Part shown: positions 1-9,863 of the stretch, in pieces
Layout: every line of letters starts with the position of its first letter
How positions within the stretch are numbered: the first letter of the stretch is position 1
DNA from: Nitrospira sp.
Lineage (GTDB): Bacteria > Nitrospirota > Nitrospiria > Nitrospirales > Nitrospiraceae
Direction of reading: 5' to 3'
Assembly (NCBI GenBank): GCA_047150005.1
Contig: AP038806.1
Coordinates: 3,200,001-3,264,000, forward strand
DNA length: 64,000 nucleotides
Notes under the pieces: model-generated
What the model was told of the DNA's origin: nothing
The model's input: the letters and a program-made list of their open reading frames with translations, nothing else
Databases searched by the model: none
Program-made: the position numbers and the translations under genes

Positions 1-93
1 GTCCCCGCACGTTCTTGTCTGTCTTGGGCGGACAGGACCGCGGGTCCAACCGGTTTCCGACACCCACCTGCCCCTCACCGCTTCCGGGGCATC

Positions 94-801
94 ATGACGG
101 ATCCTTCCTATCTCACGGTCCTCGGTCTTGGTTTTGTCCTGGGGTTGCGGCATGCCCTCGATGCCGACCACATTGCCGCGGTGTCGACCGTGCTCGCGAC
201 CAGACCATCGTGGCAGGCATCCGGTCTCATCGGATTCAGTTGGGGGCTCGGACATACGCTGGTGCTGCTCTTTGTGGGAGCCGTCGCGCTGGCGTTGCAG
301 GTAAGCATCCCGGAGTCGATTGCGAACGCGGCCGAATTCGCGGTCGGTCTCATGTTGATCGTGCTCGGCGGCACTCTGGTCGTCCGCGTTCTCCAAGAGC
401 GCTGGCATTCCCACAGCCATGATCATGGAGGGCATCGACACGAGCATCTGCACAGCCATGCGGTGACCTCCGGCCATGGGCACGCGCATTGGTGGAGTGA
501 CTCCGTCAAACCGTTGTGTATCGGCATGGCACACGGGCTCGCCGGCTCTGCGGCGCTCATCCTCGTCGTCGTGACCGCGTCGCGCACGGTTCTGGAAGGG
601 CTCGCCTATATCGCGGTGTTCGGCTTGGGTTCGATCATCGGCATGATGCTGATCGGATTGGTGTTGAGTCTTCCGGTGATCTGGTCCTTGTCGCTCGGAC
701 GACAGGCTCTCCTCATGGTGCAAGGACTCGCCGGTCTCGGCAGCATCGGATTGGGTCTGTCCATGCTTTTCCGCACCGCCATGGGCGAACGTCCGCTCTA
801 G
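94..801 (+). CDS. NiCoT/UreH-like high-affinity nickel/cobalt transporter (urease accessory type)
   Basis: Multi-TM protein with NiCoT signature GLRHALDADHIAAV, GLGHT and GMAHGLAGS motifs and a His-rich central loop (HSHSHDHGGHRHEHLHSH). Confidence 0.85.
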   Translation: MTDPSYLTVLGLGFVLGLRHALDADHIAAVSTVLATRPSWQASGLIGFSWGLGHTLVLLFVGAVALALQVSIPESIANAAEFAVGLMLIVLGGTLVVRVLQERWHSHSHDHGGHRHEHLHSHAVTSGHGHAHWWSDSVKPLCIGMAHGLAGSAALILVVVTASRTVLEGLAYIAVFGLGSIIGMMLIGLVLSLPVIWSLSLGRQALLMVQGLAGLGSIGLGLSMLFRTAMGERPL

Positions 802-1011
802 CCGGAACGTCGGCACGTTCGCGGCCTGGACTTATTGCGTTGCGTCGTTCGGCTGAGCCGCTTCCTTTACCGTCGTGGCGCTTCATCGAGGGGGAAACTA
901 CGTGCGTCATGAGGCCGGCTATGGTATTCTCCGCTCCCATCGGCCGGAGCGGTGACCGGCGGGGCGGCGAGAGGATCCGACTCGATCCGGTGCCGTGGGA
1001 GACAGGCGCGA

Positions 1012-1848
1012 ATGGCGTGGTTTAAAAAGCAAAAGCCATCCGAAACGGACAGTCCCAAGCGATCGAAGATTGCCGAAGGGATGTGGCTCAAGTGCAATCA
1101 TTGTCGCGAAATCGTCTATCGCAAGGAGGTTGACCGCAACAACAAGGTCTGTCCGAAATGCGATTATCATTTCCCCATTTCCGTCACGGAACGCATCACG
1201 CTGCTCGTCGATTTCGGGACTTTCAAGGAATGGGATGCTGATCTGGCCCCGCAGGATCCGCTGAGCTTTGAGGACACCAAGTCGTATAAGGACCGTGTCA
1301 AAGCGCAGCAGGAGAAGACCGGTCGCAAAGACGCGATGGTGATCGGCGAGGGCACCATGAACGGCCGGCGTGTCGCGTTGTGCGTGTTTGATTTCGGCTT
1401 TATGGGCGGCAGTATGGGCTCGGTGGTCGGCGAGAAGATCTGCCGCGCCATCGATCGCGCCTTGGAAGCCAGACTCCCGGTCATTCTGGTCACGACGTCA
1501 GGCGGGGCCCGCATGCAGGAGGGCATTCTGTCGCTCATGCAAATGGCCAAGACCTCCGCGGCGGTCGCCAAGCTGGGCGAAGCCAAGTTGCCATTCATTT
1601 GTCTATTGGCTGATCCGACCTTCGGCGGAGTCACCGCCAGTGTGGCGATGTTGGGGGACGTCATTTTGGCCGAGCCCAAGGCGTTGATCGGGTTTGCGGG
1701 GCCGCGTGTCATCGAGCAGACCATCAAGCAGCAATTGCCCGACCAATTTCAGCGTGCGGAATTCCTGCTGGAGCATGGCATGATCGACATGATCGTCGAG
1801 CGGAAACACCTGAAAGAAACATTAAGCACTCTCGTCGCACATTTCTAG
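1012..1848 (+). CDS. accD: Acetyl-CoA carboxylase carboxyltransferase beta subunit
   Basis: Zn finger W-K-C-N-H-C...CPKC, GGSMG and SGGARMQEG motifs; ATG at 1012 (MAWFKK) after GGGAGA. Confidence 0.97.
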   Translation: MAWFKKQKPSETDSPKRSKIAEGMWLKCNHCREIVYRKEVDRNNKVCPKCDYHFPISVTERITLLVDFGTFKEWDADLAPQDPLSFEDTKSYKDRVKAQQEKTGRKDAMVIGEGTMNGRRVALCVFDFGFMGGSMGSVVGEKICRAIDRALEARLPVILVTTSGGARMQEGILSLMQMAKTSAAVAKLGEAKLPFICLLADPTFGGVTASVAMLGDVILAEPKALIGFAGPRVIEQTIKQQLPDQFQRAEFLLEHGMIDMIVERKHLKETLSTLVAHF

Positions 1849-1875
1849 GCGAACTCCTTCTCCTCGGCGCGCATC

Positions 1876-3165
1876 ATGACCTATTCCGCTGCGGTCGCCT
1901 ACCTTCTCGGCCTTCAGAAGCACGGCATTAAATTGGGGTTGGAGACAATGGTCGCGCTTGCGCAGCGCATGGGGGATCCTCAGCGGCGGTATCGGTCGCT
2001 TCACATCGGGGGGACCAACGGCAAGGGATCGACCGCGGCCATGGCTGCCGGGATTCTGCGGGGGGCGGGCTATCGCGTGGGCCTGTACACCTCTCCGCAT
2101 TTGGTGGAATTCCGGGAGCGTATTCGCGTGGACGGAGTCATGATTCCGGAGGAGGCGGTGGGTCGGGTCATCGCTGCGGTGCGGGACGCGGGGGGCGCCG
2201 ATCTACAGCCGACGTTTTTTGAAAGTACGACGGCGTTGGCCCTTCAGTATTTTGCCGAGGCGCGAGTGGATGTCGCCGTCCTCGAAGTGGGACTCGGCGG
2301 CCGGTTCGATGCGACCAATATCGTGCAGCCCGAGGCCTGTGCCATCACGACCGTGGCGCTCGATCACCAGGAATACCTTGGCACGACAGTGTCCGCGATT
2401 GCGTTCGAAAAGGCGGGGATCGTCAAAGAAAAAGTTCCGCTCGTAGTCGGTCGGATGACGGAAGACGCCATGCGGACCATCGAGCATATCGCGCAGGAGA
2501 GACGATGCCCGGTGTCGGCCTTGGATCGGGAATTCCGCATCGACGGCGGCCCTGACCGGTTCACCTATGAGAGCCAACGAGGTCGATACCTCGGCTTACG
2601 CTGCGGGCTTCCCGGCGCACACCAGGTGGACAACGCCGCCTGCGCGATTGCACTCACCGAAGTCGTGAGCGGGCTTCAGGTATGCGAACGGGCAATTCGC
2701 GAGGGAGTGGGTGGCGTGCAGTGGGAAGGGAGGCTCGAAACGCTGGAAGCCCGCCCGGACGTCCTGCTTGACGGCGCCCACAATCCCGCCGGATCGGCAG
2801 CCTTGGCGGCATATCTGCGATCCGTGAAGGAGGCCCGTCCAGGATCCCGGGTCATTGTAGTGCTGGGAATGATGCGCGACAAGGATCACAAGGGATTCAT
2901 GGCATCGTTGAACAGCGTGGCGGATCATGTGGTGCTGACGCGCGCGTCGATTGCCCGGTCCGCGACGGCCGAGGAACTGCGGGACGAACTGGCGGGGACG
3001 ATCACCATACCCTCCTCGGTGACGGCCGATCCGGGCGAGGCCCTGGCATCGGCGAAGCAGTTGGCTGCTCCCCAGGATGTAATCTGCGTCACGGGATCCC
3101 TCATGCTGATCGGAGAGGTGAAGGCATCATGGCGTGGCTGTGGGCTGTCGCCTCTTCGGGGTTGA
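1876..3165 (+). CDS. folC: Bifunctional folylpolyglutamate/dihydrofolate synthase
   Basis: GTNGKGS P-loop, YTSPHL, EVGLGGRFDATN, DGAHNP; follows accD. Confidence 0.97.
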   Translation: MTYSAAVAYLLGLQKHGIKLGLETMVALAQRMGDPQRRYRSLHIGGTNGKGSTAAMAAGILRGAGYRVGLYTSPHLVEFRERIRVDGVMIPEEAVGRVIAAVRDAGGADLQPTFFESTTALALQYFAEARVDVAVLEVGLGGRFDATNIVQPEACAITTVALDHQEYLGTTVSAIAFEKAGIVKEKVPLVVGRMTEDAMRTIEHIAQERRCPVSALDREFRIDGGPDRFTYESQRGRYLGLRCGLPGAHQVDNAACAIALTEVVSGLQVCERAIREGVGGVQWEGRLETLEARPDVLLDGAHNPAGSAALAAYLRSVKEARPGSRVIVVLGMMRDKDHKGFMASLNSVADHVVLTRASIARSATAEELRDELAGTITIPSSVTADPGEALASAKQLAAPQDVICVTGSLMLIGEVKASWRGCGLSPLRG

Positions 3166-3166
3166 A

Positions 3167-5617
3167 ATGGCGGAGACGCTCGCTGGGGCCCGCAAGCGCC
3201 TGGTGTACGCCATCCTGCTGTTTCTGTTGCTTCCCGGCGCCGCCGTGGCCGCTGATGAACCGACCGGTACCGCACTGCCGTCGTCGGGCTCCGCTCCGCT
3301 TGACCTCACGGCTGACCGCATCGACTACCTGAAAGAGGAGGAGATTTACGAGGCCGAGGGGTCGGTCCTCGTCCGACAGGGGACGCTGCGTCTCACGGCG
3401 GATCATATGACGATTCAGGCCCTTCCGGGGGTGCTGATCGCGACCGGCCATGTCCGTTTGCTTGATCCCAGAGGCGACCTCACCGCGGACCGACTCGAGC
3501 TCAACGTCAATACGGAAGCGGGCATCGTGACCCACGGCCAGCTCTATCTGAAGGCCTCCAATACTCAGATCGACGGACGCTTGATGCAGCGGTTCTCGGA
3601 AGATCACTACCGGGTGAAGGAGGGCCGATTCACGAATTGCGATGCGGAGCCGGACGAGACGCCGGCCTGGCGGTTCCAGTTCAAGGATCTCGATCTCAAT
3701 GCAGGAGACGCGCTGGCGTTCAAAGGAGGATGGCTGTGCGTCCTTGACGCACGGGTCCTTCCGTTGCCGACGATGACCTATCCGCTCTCTCCCAGAAAAA
3801 CCGGATTTCTCATCCCCACGATCGGCTACGACAATCGTTTCGGCTGGCATCTTCAGGAAAGCTTTTTTTGGGCGATTAATCCGAGTCAGGATCTCACGGT
3901 CTCCCCGTTCTATTTTACGAATCTGGGGTACGGAAGCGACTTTGAGTATCGATACGTCTTGGACCGCCTTTCACGCGGACAATGGTTCGTCAGTGCGCTT
4001 CAGCAGACACAACTCCCCAACGTCTCCGGCGCCGCCGCATCGGGAACCCAAGCCCAGGAGTCTCGGGCATTGATCACCGGGACGCACACCCAACAGTTCA
4101 CACCGAATACGCTGCTCCGCGTCCAGGCGAACCTCGTGACCGACCCCCAGTACCTCCAACAGTTGAGCAATTCGGGCGCACAGCGGGCGCTGCCGAGCAA
4201 CGAGAACAATTTGTTGGGGACGCACCGGCTGCCCTATGGGAACATGTATCTCTGGAGCCAATATCTCCAACCGCTGCAAGCCGGAGGTAGCGACACGTTT
4301 CAACGACTGCCCGAGATCGGCTACAGCCTTCCTGATACGACTCTCTTCAATTCGCCGTTTCTGCTCAGTACGGATACGAATTTCGTCTATTTCTATCGCG
4401 AACAGGGCTTCACGGAAAACCGCATCGACTTTCTGCCCGGACTGTCCACCGAAATCATCGACGTGGGCCATGTATTGGGCTTCCGCCCGCAGGCGAAGTT
4501 CCGGGAAGTGCACTACTCGCGCGGGATTGACAGTACCAGCAACATCAACCGCCAGACGTTCTGGGCTGCGTTGGACGCAGGCTCAAAGCTGAGCCGCCGG
4601 TTCGTGGCAGGTGATGGTCATGCCGTGTTGCATACCCTCGAACCCAGCGCGATGTATGAGTATGTTCCGCAGACGAACCAATCACAGATTGCGCAGATCG
4701 ACCAGGTCGACGATCTGCCGAAGAAAAACCTATTGACGTACATGCTTCGGAGCCGGGTGTTGGAGCAGGACGGACACACGAGTTTCAATTGGCTCGATCT
4801 GACGCTTGCGCAGAGCTACCACGTCGATGGGGTGCAGACCAGCGCGGTGGACTTCACTCCCGGCGTCGTGCCGCCGGTCGGTACGGTCACGCAGCCGCTC
4901 CAGCCGGCCACCGTCCCGGTCAACGGGAAGAAGTTCTCGGATTTCTGGGTGCATGCCATCATCGGAAATAATCTACCGCAGTACACGGTCGGGCAACTCG
5001 CTGTGTCCACGTTCGACAAGGGCGGCATGACACCTCAGCAGAAGCCGGTGATCAACCAATACGTGACGGTCGACGCATTCGTGGATCCCTACCGAGGCAC
5101 TTTCAGCCAGTTCAACACAGACTTTCGCGTTCAGGATTCCAACAACTGGTATGTAGAAGTCGGGCAGCGGTATGCGCAGAATGGAAATCGCGTGCGCCGG
5201 GGTGACGTCTGGAACCCGATCTCGTTCAATGAAGTCTTTTCTCCGACCGAGGAAATTCAGTTCGTGACGGCCGGGGGAGCGTTCCGTACCCCATGGGGTT
5301 GGACCCTGGGTGCGAAAGCCTATTACGATATCCTTAACGGAAAGAGTCCCGAATACGACATGGTTGGTTTGTATCAGAACCCTTGCAAGTGCTGGTCATT
5401 GGGCCTGTACTACCTGCAATTTCCGGATCGCGCCCAGTATAATTTCATGTTCAGCCTCACCGGAATCGGATGGACGGAAAACTTCGGTACCGCGGTGGTC
5501 CGCAGCATCCTGAGCCCGCTGCTCTACGGCGAAAAGGGGCTGCCGTGGGCGGCTCCGGGAGGGCATTTTGGCCGTCCCCAGTCGGTGCTTCCTGGCACCA
5601 ATCCGATGCTGCGCTGA
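3167..5617 (+). CDS. lptD: LPS-assembly protein LptD
   Basis: Signal peptide, OstA-like N-terminus (LTADRIDY...EAEGSV), FTNC..., RKTGFLIP, QRLPEI, C-terminal CKCW; ATG 3167 right after the folC stop. Confidence 0.9.
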   Translation: MAETLAGARKRLVYAILLFLLLPGAAVAADEPTGTALPSSGSAPLDLTADRIDYLKEEEIYEAEGSVLVRQGTLRLTADHMTIQALPGVLIATGHVRLLDPRGDLTADRLELNVNTEAGIVTHGQLYLKASNTQIDGRLMQRFSEDHYRVKEGRFTNCDAEPDETPAWRFQFKDLDLNAGDALAFKGGWLCVLDARVLPLPTMTYPLSPRKTGFLIPTIGYDNRFGWHLQESFFWAINPSQDLTVSPFYFTNLGYGSDFEYRYVLDRLSRGQWFVSALQQTQLPNVSGAAASGTQAQESRALITGTHTQQFTPNTLLRVQANLVTDPQYLQQLSNSGAQRALPSNENNLLGTHRLPYGNMYLWSQYLQPLQAGGSDTFQRLPEIGYSLPDTTLFNSPFLLSTDTNFVYFYREQGFTENRIDFLPGLSTEIIDVGHVLGFRPQAKFREVHYSRGIDSTSNINRQTFWAALDAGSKLSRRFVAGDGHAVLHTLEPSAMYEYVPQTNQSQIAQIDQVDDLPKKNLLTYMLRSRVLEQDGHTSFNWLDLTLAQSYHVDGVQTSAVDFTPGVVPPVGTVTQPLQPATVPVNGKKFSDFWVHAIIGNNLPQYTVGQLAVSTFDKGGMTPQQKPVINQYVTVDAFVDPYRGTFSQFNTDFRVQDSNNWYVEVGQRYAQNGNRVRRGDVWNPISFNEVFSPTEEIQFVTAGGAFRTPWGWTLGAKAYYDILNGKSPEYDMVGLYQNPCKCWSLGLYYLQFPDRAQYNFMFSLTGIGWTENFGTAVVRSILSPLLYGEKGLPWAAPGGHFGRPQSVLPGTNPMLR

Positions 5618-5645
5618 CGGGTTCGGTTCTCAGCCAAGGGACGCT

Positions 5646-6197
5646 ATGAGGCAGAGGCTTCTCTCCAGCTCGGGATGCGGACGGTTGGGCGTATTCGTAT
5701 GCCTCGTGCTGCTGTTCTGCGGGAGTGGAGCGAACGGCGCGCAGGGCGCCGGCCAGGACGGTGCTTTTACAGACCTTCAGCGGGCGAAGGTCTATCTCGC
5801 CGCGGGAGACTTTCGACGCGCGATCGATGCCTGTCGACAGGAGGTCGATGCACGTCCTTCCGTGGAGGCGTATGTGTACCTCACGTACGTCTATCAGGCG
5901 CTCGACGCCTATGTGGAATTTCTCGCAAAGACGGATCAGTGGGTACCATTGGAGCACCTCTATCTGGGGCTGGTGACGGGAAAGCCGGAGGATCTGGTGG
6001 ATTCTCCCGACGTGCTCTCGCGCATTGCCAAAGAACTGATCCAATCGGGCGCGAGACAGCAGGCCGACATCGCCGCCGAATTGGCGACGAGACTCGATTC
6101 CGTGGCTGTGGCTCGTATCTGGCCTCAACAGACCGCTTGGCGGAAGTCCAAACCGGACAGGTGGTGGTTCGGTATACCGCCTGAGTGGTCCTGGTGA
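5646..6197 (+). CDS. Hypothetical exported protein with a TPR-like helical segment
   Basis: Signal-like N-terminus, AKVYLAAGDFRRAIDAC TPR-like helix pair; start chosen at ATG 5646. Confidence 0.6.
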   Translation: MRQRLLSSSGCGRLGVFVCLVLLFCGSGANGAQGAGQDGAFTDLQRAKVYLAAGDFRRAIDACRQEVDARPSVEAYVYLTYVYQALDAYVEFLAKTDQWVPLEHLYLGLVTGKPEDLVDSPDVLSRIAKELIQSGARQQADIAAELATRLDSVAVARIWPQQTAWRKSKPDRWWFGIPPEWSW

Positions 6198-6206
6198 ACG
6201 GCTCAA

Positions 6207-6236
6207 TTGACTCGCCGAAGATCGCTGGTATACGAT
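6207..6236 (+). promoter_or_regulatory. Putative sigma70 promoter of trxA
   Basis: TTGACT-N18-TACGAT about 50 nt upstream of the GTG start, which has an AAGGAGG RBS. Confidence 0.55.
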
Positions 6237-6285
6237 GAGCGGATAAGAAACACAGTGCTTGTAACCATGTGAAGGAGGGTGTGAC

Positions 6286-6633
6286 GTGGCAGGTGACGCG
6301 CTCAAAGTCGAAGATGCAACGTGGGAAGCCGATGTCATCAAGGCTTCGGAACTGGTCATGGTCGATTTCTGGGCCGTGTGGTGTGGGCCGTGCCAAATGG
6401 TTGCACCCATCGTCGACGAACTCGCCAAGGAATATTCCGGGAAGATCAAGGTTCGCAAGCTGAATACCGATGAAAATCCGGAGGTTGCCGGACGTTATCA
6501 AGTGATGAGCATCCCGACGATCCTGTTTTTCAAGAACGGACAGGTCGTGGAGAAGTTGGTCGGTGCAAGGCCCAAGCGTCAATTCAAGGAAATGATCGAC
6601 TCGCTGCTGGCACAGCACGCCGGCTCTGCGTAA
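6286..6633 (+). CDS. trxA: Thioredoxin
   Basis: DFWAVWCGPC active site, SIPT cis-Pro motif. Confidence 0.96.
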   Translation: MAGDALKVEDATWEADVIKASELVMVDFWAVWCGPCQMVAPIVDELAKEYSGKIKVRKLNTDENPEVAGRYQVMSIPTILFFKNGQVVEKLVGARPKRQFKEMIDSLLAQHAGSA

Positions 6634-6798
6634 CGGCGAGACACCACTTTCCGCAGGGGGCTCCCTTGCGCCCGGATGTCCACGCCGTCGCGTGTGGGTC
6701 AATGGCTCGCCGTATCGTCAGCCGTTTCCTGAGGGCACCATCCGGGCTCACGCATCAGAGGACGTCGACGGCTCAGGGGAGATTGCTCACTCGTCACC

Positions 6799-8505
6799 AT
6801 GCTCGCCGAGTTGCGCATTAAGAATTTTGCGCTCATTGACGAGCTTCACCTCTCATTCCAACCGGGCTTTACCGTGCTCACGGGTGAAACCGGAGCCGGG
6901 AAGTCTCTGTTGATCGATGCCATCAGCCTGCTTGTCGGCGGCCGCGGTTTCTCCGAACAGATTCGCTCAGGAACGGAAGAGGCGCAACTGGAGGCTGCGT
7001 TCCACCTTTCTGATGCGCATCCGGTCCTGCAACGTCTCCGCACAGCCGGCGCGGTTGCAGCCGGCGATTCCGAGCTGATCTTGAAGCGGGTGCTGTCCCG
7101 AACGGGACGTCACCGCATCTATCTGAACGGCAGCCTCTGTCCTTTACGCACGCTGGAGGAGCTCGGCGGCACGTTGGTCGATATTCACGGCCAACATGAG
7201 CAACAATCTCTGTTGTCCGCAACAGCGCAAATGGAGGCCGTCGACGCATTCGGATCTCTTGAGGGGTTGCGGGAAGAGTACGAATCCGGTTACCGACAAT
7301 GGAAATCCCGACTTGCCGAATTGGAGTCGATCAGGCGTGCCGGGGCCGACCGGGGGCAGCGCGAAGATTTCCTCCGTTTTCAGCTTCAGGAGATCGATCA
7401 AGCAGGCTTGAATCCGGACGAGGACGCACACCTCCAGGCGGAGCGGCAGCGGCTGCTTCATGCCCATCGTCTGCGTGAACTGGCGGAGGGGGCTTATGGC
7501 GAGTTGCAGGGGGATGAACAGGGTGTTCTGACGCGGTTGGGACGGATGGGCCGGCTTCTTGTCGAGCTGAAACAGACGGATCAGACCATGGAGGATTGTC
7601 TCGAACCGGTGACGGGTGCCACGATTCAGCTCAAGGAGCTGGCCGGGCGGCTCCGACTGTATGCGGATCGCTTGGACGCGGACCCGGCACGGCAGAACGA
7701 GGTGGAAAGCCGGCTGGACCTGATCCAACGCCTCAAGAAAAAATACGGTGGGACGATCGAGGACATTCTTACCGCGGGCGACCGGGCTCGCACTGAACTT
7801 CGTGCGATCGAGGAATCGGACTCCCGAACAACAGAAGGGGCTGCGGCCGTTCAGGAAGCCTTCAAACGAGTCCAGGGACTGGCTCAACGGCTCTCCAAGA
7901 AGCGCAAGGAAGCCTCCAGGCGTCTGACGGAGTCGGTCAGAGCTGAATTGGCCGTTTTGAAGATGGAGCAGACAGCGTTCGAGGTGTCGGTTTCCAATGA
8001 GGGGGAAGGGCAAGAGTTCGGCCCTGCCGGCGCTGATCGTGTGGAATTCCTGCTAGCCAGTAACGCTGGGGAGCCTCCAAAGCCGCTTGCGCGCATTGCG
8101 TCGGGCGGCGAGCTCTCCAGAATCATGTTGGCGCTGAAAACGGTGCTGGCTGAGCGGGATCATGTTCCGGTCTTGGTATTTGACGAAATTGACACGGGCG
8201 TGGGCGGGGCTGCGGCTGCGACGATGGGTATGAGACTGCGAAAATTGGGATCGTATCATCAGGTGTTCTGCATCACCCATCTTGCCCAGGTTGCCTCCCA
8301 GGCGGAGCACCATTTCCTGGTCTCAAAGGGAACGGACAACCGGCGAACCTCGACGTGGGCGGCCTTGCTCGACGGGCAAGGGCGTGAAGACGAAATCGCC
8401 AGGATGCTCGGGGGGACGACCGTGACGAAAAAGATCCGTGAAACGGCGGCCGAATTGATTGCAGGGGCCGGTAACGGGCGCCGGGGAATGCCCCGTCAGG
8501 CGTGA
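6799..8505 (+). CDS. recN: DNA repair protein RecN
   Basis: TGETGAGKS Walker A, IHGQHEQQ, ASGGELSR signature, VFDEID, CITHL. Confidence 0.97.
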   Translation: MLAELRIKNFALIDELHLSFQPGFTVLTGETGAGKSLLIDAISLLVGGRGFSEQIRSGTEEAQLEAAFHLSDAHPVLQRLRTAGAVAAGDSELILKRVLSRTGRHRIYLNGSLCPLRTLEELGGTLVDIHGQHEQQSLLSATAQMEAVDAFGSLEGLREEYESGYRQWKSRLAELESIRRAGADRGQREDFLRFQLQEIDQAGLNPDEDAHLQAERQRLLHAHRLRELAEGAYGELQGDEQGVLTRLGRMGRLLVELKQTDQTMEDCLEPVTGATIQLKELAGRLRLYADRLDADPARQNEVESRLDLIQRLKKKYGGTIEDILTAGDRARTELRAIEESDSRTTEGAAAVQEAFKRVQGLAQRLSKKRKEASRRLTESVRAELAVLKMEQTAFEVSVSNEGEGQEFGPAGADRVEFLLASNAGEPPKPLARIASGGELSRIMLALKTVLAERDHVPVLVFDEIDTGVGGAAAATMGMRLRKLGSYHQVFCITHLAQVASQAEHHFLVSKGTDNRRTSTWAALLDGQGREDEIARMLGGTTVTKKIRETAAELIAGAGNGRRGMPRQA

Positions 8506-9662
8506 GGTGATCTCGAGGGATTGGTGGCGATCGCCATCGCCGGGAGGGAGGCTTTGCATTCCTGGACCACTCTGACGAACAGCGCGGTCAAGGTCGGGTC
8601 GAAATAATCGCCGGTGTGACCGGTGATGAAATCACAGGCTTCGTCCAGAGAAAGAGAACTCCGGTCCGGCAACTCGGCAGTCAGATGGTCGAAAGCCTGT
8701 GCCAGACACACGATCCGTGCGAGAAGCGGAATGCCCTCGCCCTGCAATCCGTGAGGATATCCGGTTCCGTCCCACCGTTCATGATGATAGCCGATAATCT
8801 GCCCCACTTCCGCCGGTAAGCCCAGCGGCGCGATCATTCTGACGCCGAGTTCCGTGTGGCGTTTGTGGTCCTGCGTCCCGCCGAGGCTTCGAATCGCGTC
8901 ATTGGCAAAATGACAGGGACCGGCGACGATTCTTCCGACGTCGTGAAGAAAGGCTCCAAGAGCCAGGGACTTTTGCTCCCCTTCGGTCAGGTCCATACGG
9001 TTGGCGAGGAGCGTGGCGTAGAAGCTGACCCGGCTGCAATGGTTGAGCAGCTCCCGTTCTTTGGCTTCCAGGAGGTCGGAGAGCAGGGGAAGCAGCGATC
9101 TGAACTCCGCGGCTTCGTCCGTGGCGGTTCCGTCCGGCTGAGGGCAGATCGCGGCATAGCCGGCCCGGATCTCGTTCCAGGTCGCGGCACAGGATGCTTC
9201 GGACTCCCAGATCGCTTCCGGGTAGTGCACGAAGCGGCGGAGATAGTCCAGGCGCTGTTTCTTGTGAAGCGTCTGGTTCACCAAGGTGACCAGCTCGGTC
9301 ACATTAAAGGGCTTCAGGAGGTAGCCGGCCGCGCCGTGACGGATCCCGTCCATGGCGGCTTTGAGGCTGCCATAGCCGGTGATAATGATGACTTCGATAT
9401 CGGCATGGTCATGCTTGATCTCTTGGAGCAGGTCGAGACCTTGGCGATCGGGCAGTTTCTGATCGAGGGTGATAAGGTCGATCCGCTGCGAGTTGAGGAC
9501 GTCGATCGCGGCGCGGGCTGATCCGGCCGCTTGGATATTGAAGAAGGGCCGCAGGATGACTTTGAGCGCATCCCGTGGTCCAGCTTCGTCGTCGACGACG
9601 AGTACCGTTGGCTTTGCCTGCGGGCTTTTCTCTGGAAGCGCAACGTGCATCGGTGGTCTCAT
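8496..9662 (-). CDS. Response regulator with HD-GYP domain (possibly degenerate c-di-GMP phosphodiesterase)
   Basis: REC (VVDDE, D-QKLP, TGY, KPF) plus LHDVG and HHERWDGTGYPHGL; start may be 9650. Confidence 0.9.
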   Translation of the reverse strand: MRPPMHVALPEKSPQAKPTVLVVDDEAGPRDALKVILRPFFNIQAAGSARAAIDVLNSQRIDLITLDQKLPDRQGLDLLQEIKHDHADIEVIIITGYGSLKAAMDGIRHGAAGYLLKPFNVTELVTLVNQTLHKKQRLDYLRRFVHYPEAIWESEASCAATWNEIRAGYAAICPQPDGTATDEAAEFRSLLPLLSDLLEAKERELLNHCSRVSFYATLLANRMDLTEGEQKSLALGAFLHDVGRIVAGPCHFANDAIRSLGGTQDHKRHTELGVRMIAPLGLPAEVGQIIGYHHERWDGTGYPHGLQGEGIPLLARIVCLAQAFDHLTAELPDRSSLSLDEACDFITGHTGDYFDPTLTALFVRVVQECKASLPAMAIATNPSRSPHA

Positions 9663-9686
9663 TTATGTGAGTTTGGAGTATCACTA

Positions 9687-9702
9687 AGCAATTCCCATTC
9701 CT
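9687..9702 (-). promoter_or_regulatory. Putative sigma54 (-24/-12) promoter for the HD-GYP gene
   Basis: Minus strand AGGAATGGGAATTGCT = GG-N10-GC with TTGCT, about 25 nt upstream of the start and directly downstream of a sigma54 activator gene. Confidence 0.5.
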
Positions 9703-9863
9703 TTTCAGCCATTTATGGCGCATACTTGAAGGACTCCGAGCACATGTGGTCGGGCAAAACCGAAACGCTATATATGGGTTCACAATCCGAACAGCACGCA
9801 GTCGATCAGGCGAGCAATTCTGCACGAATGCTGCAAAAACCACTCACTTTTGAAGGGAATGTG

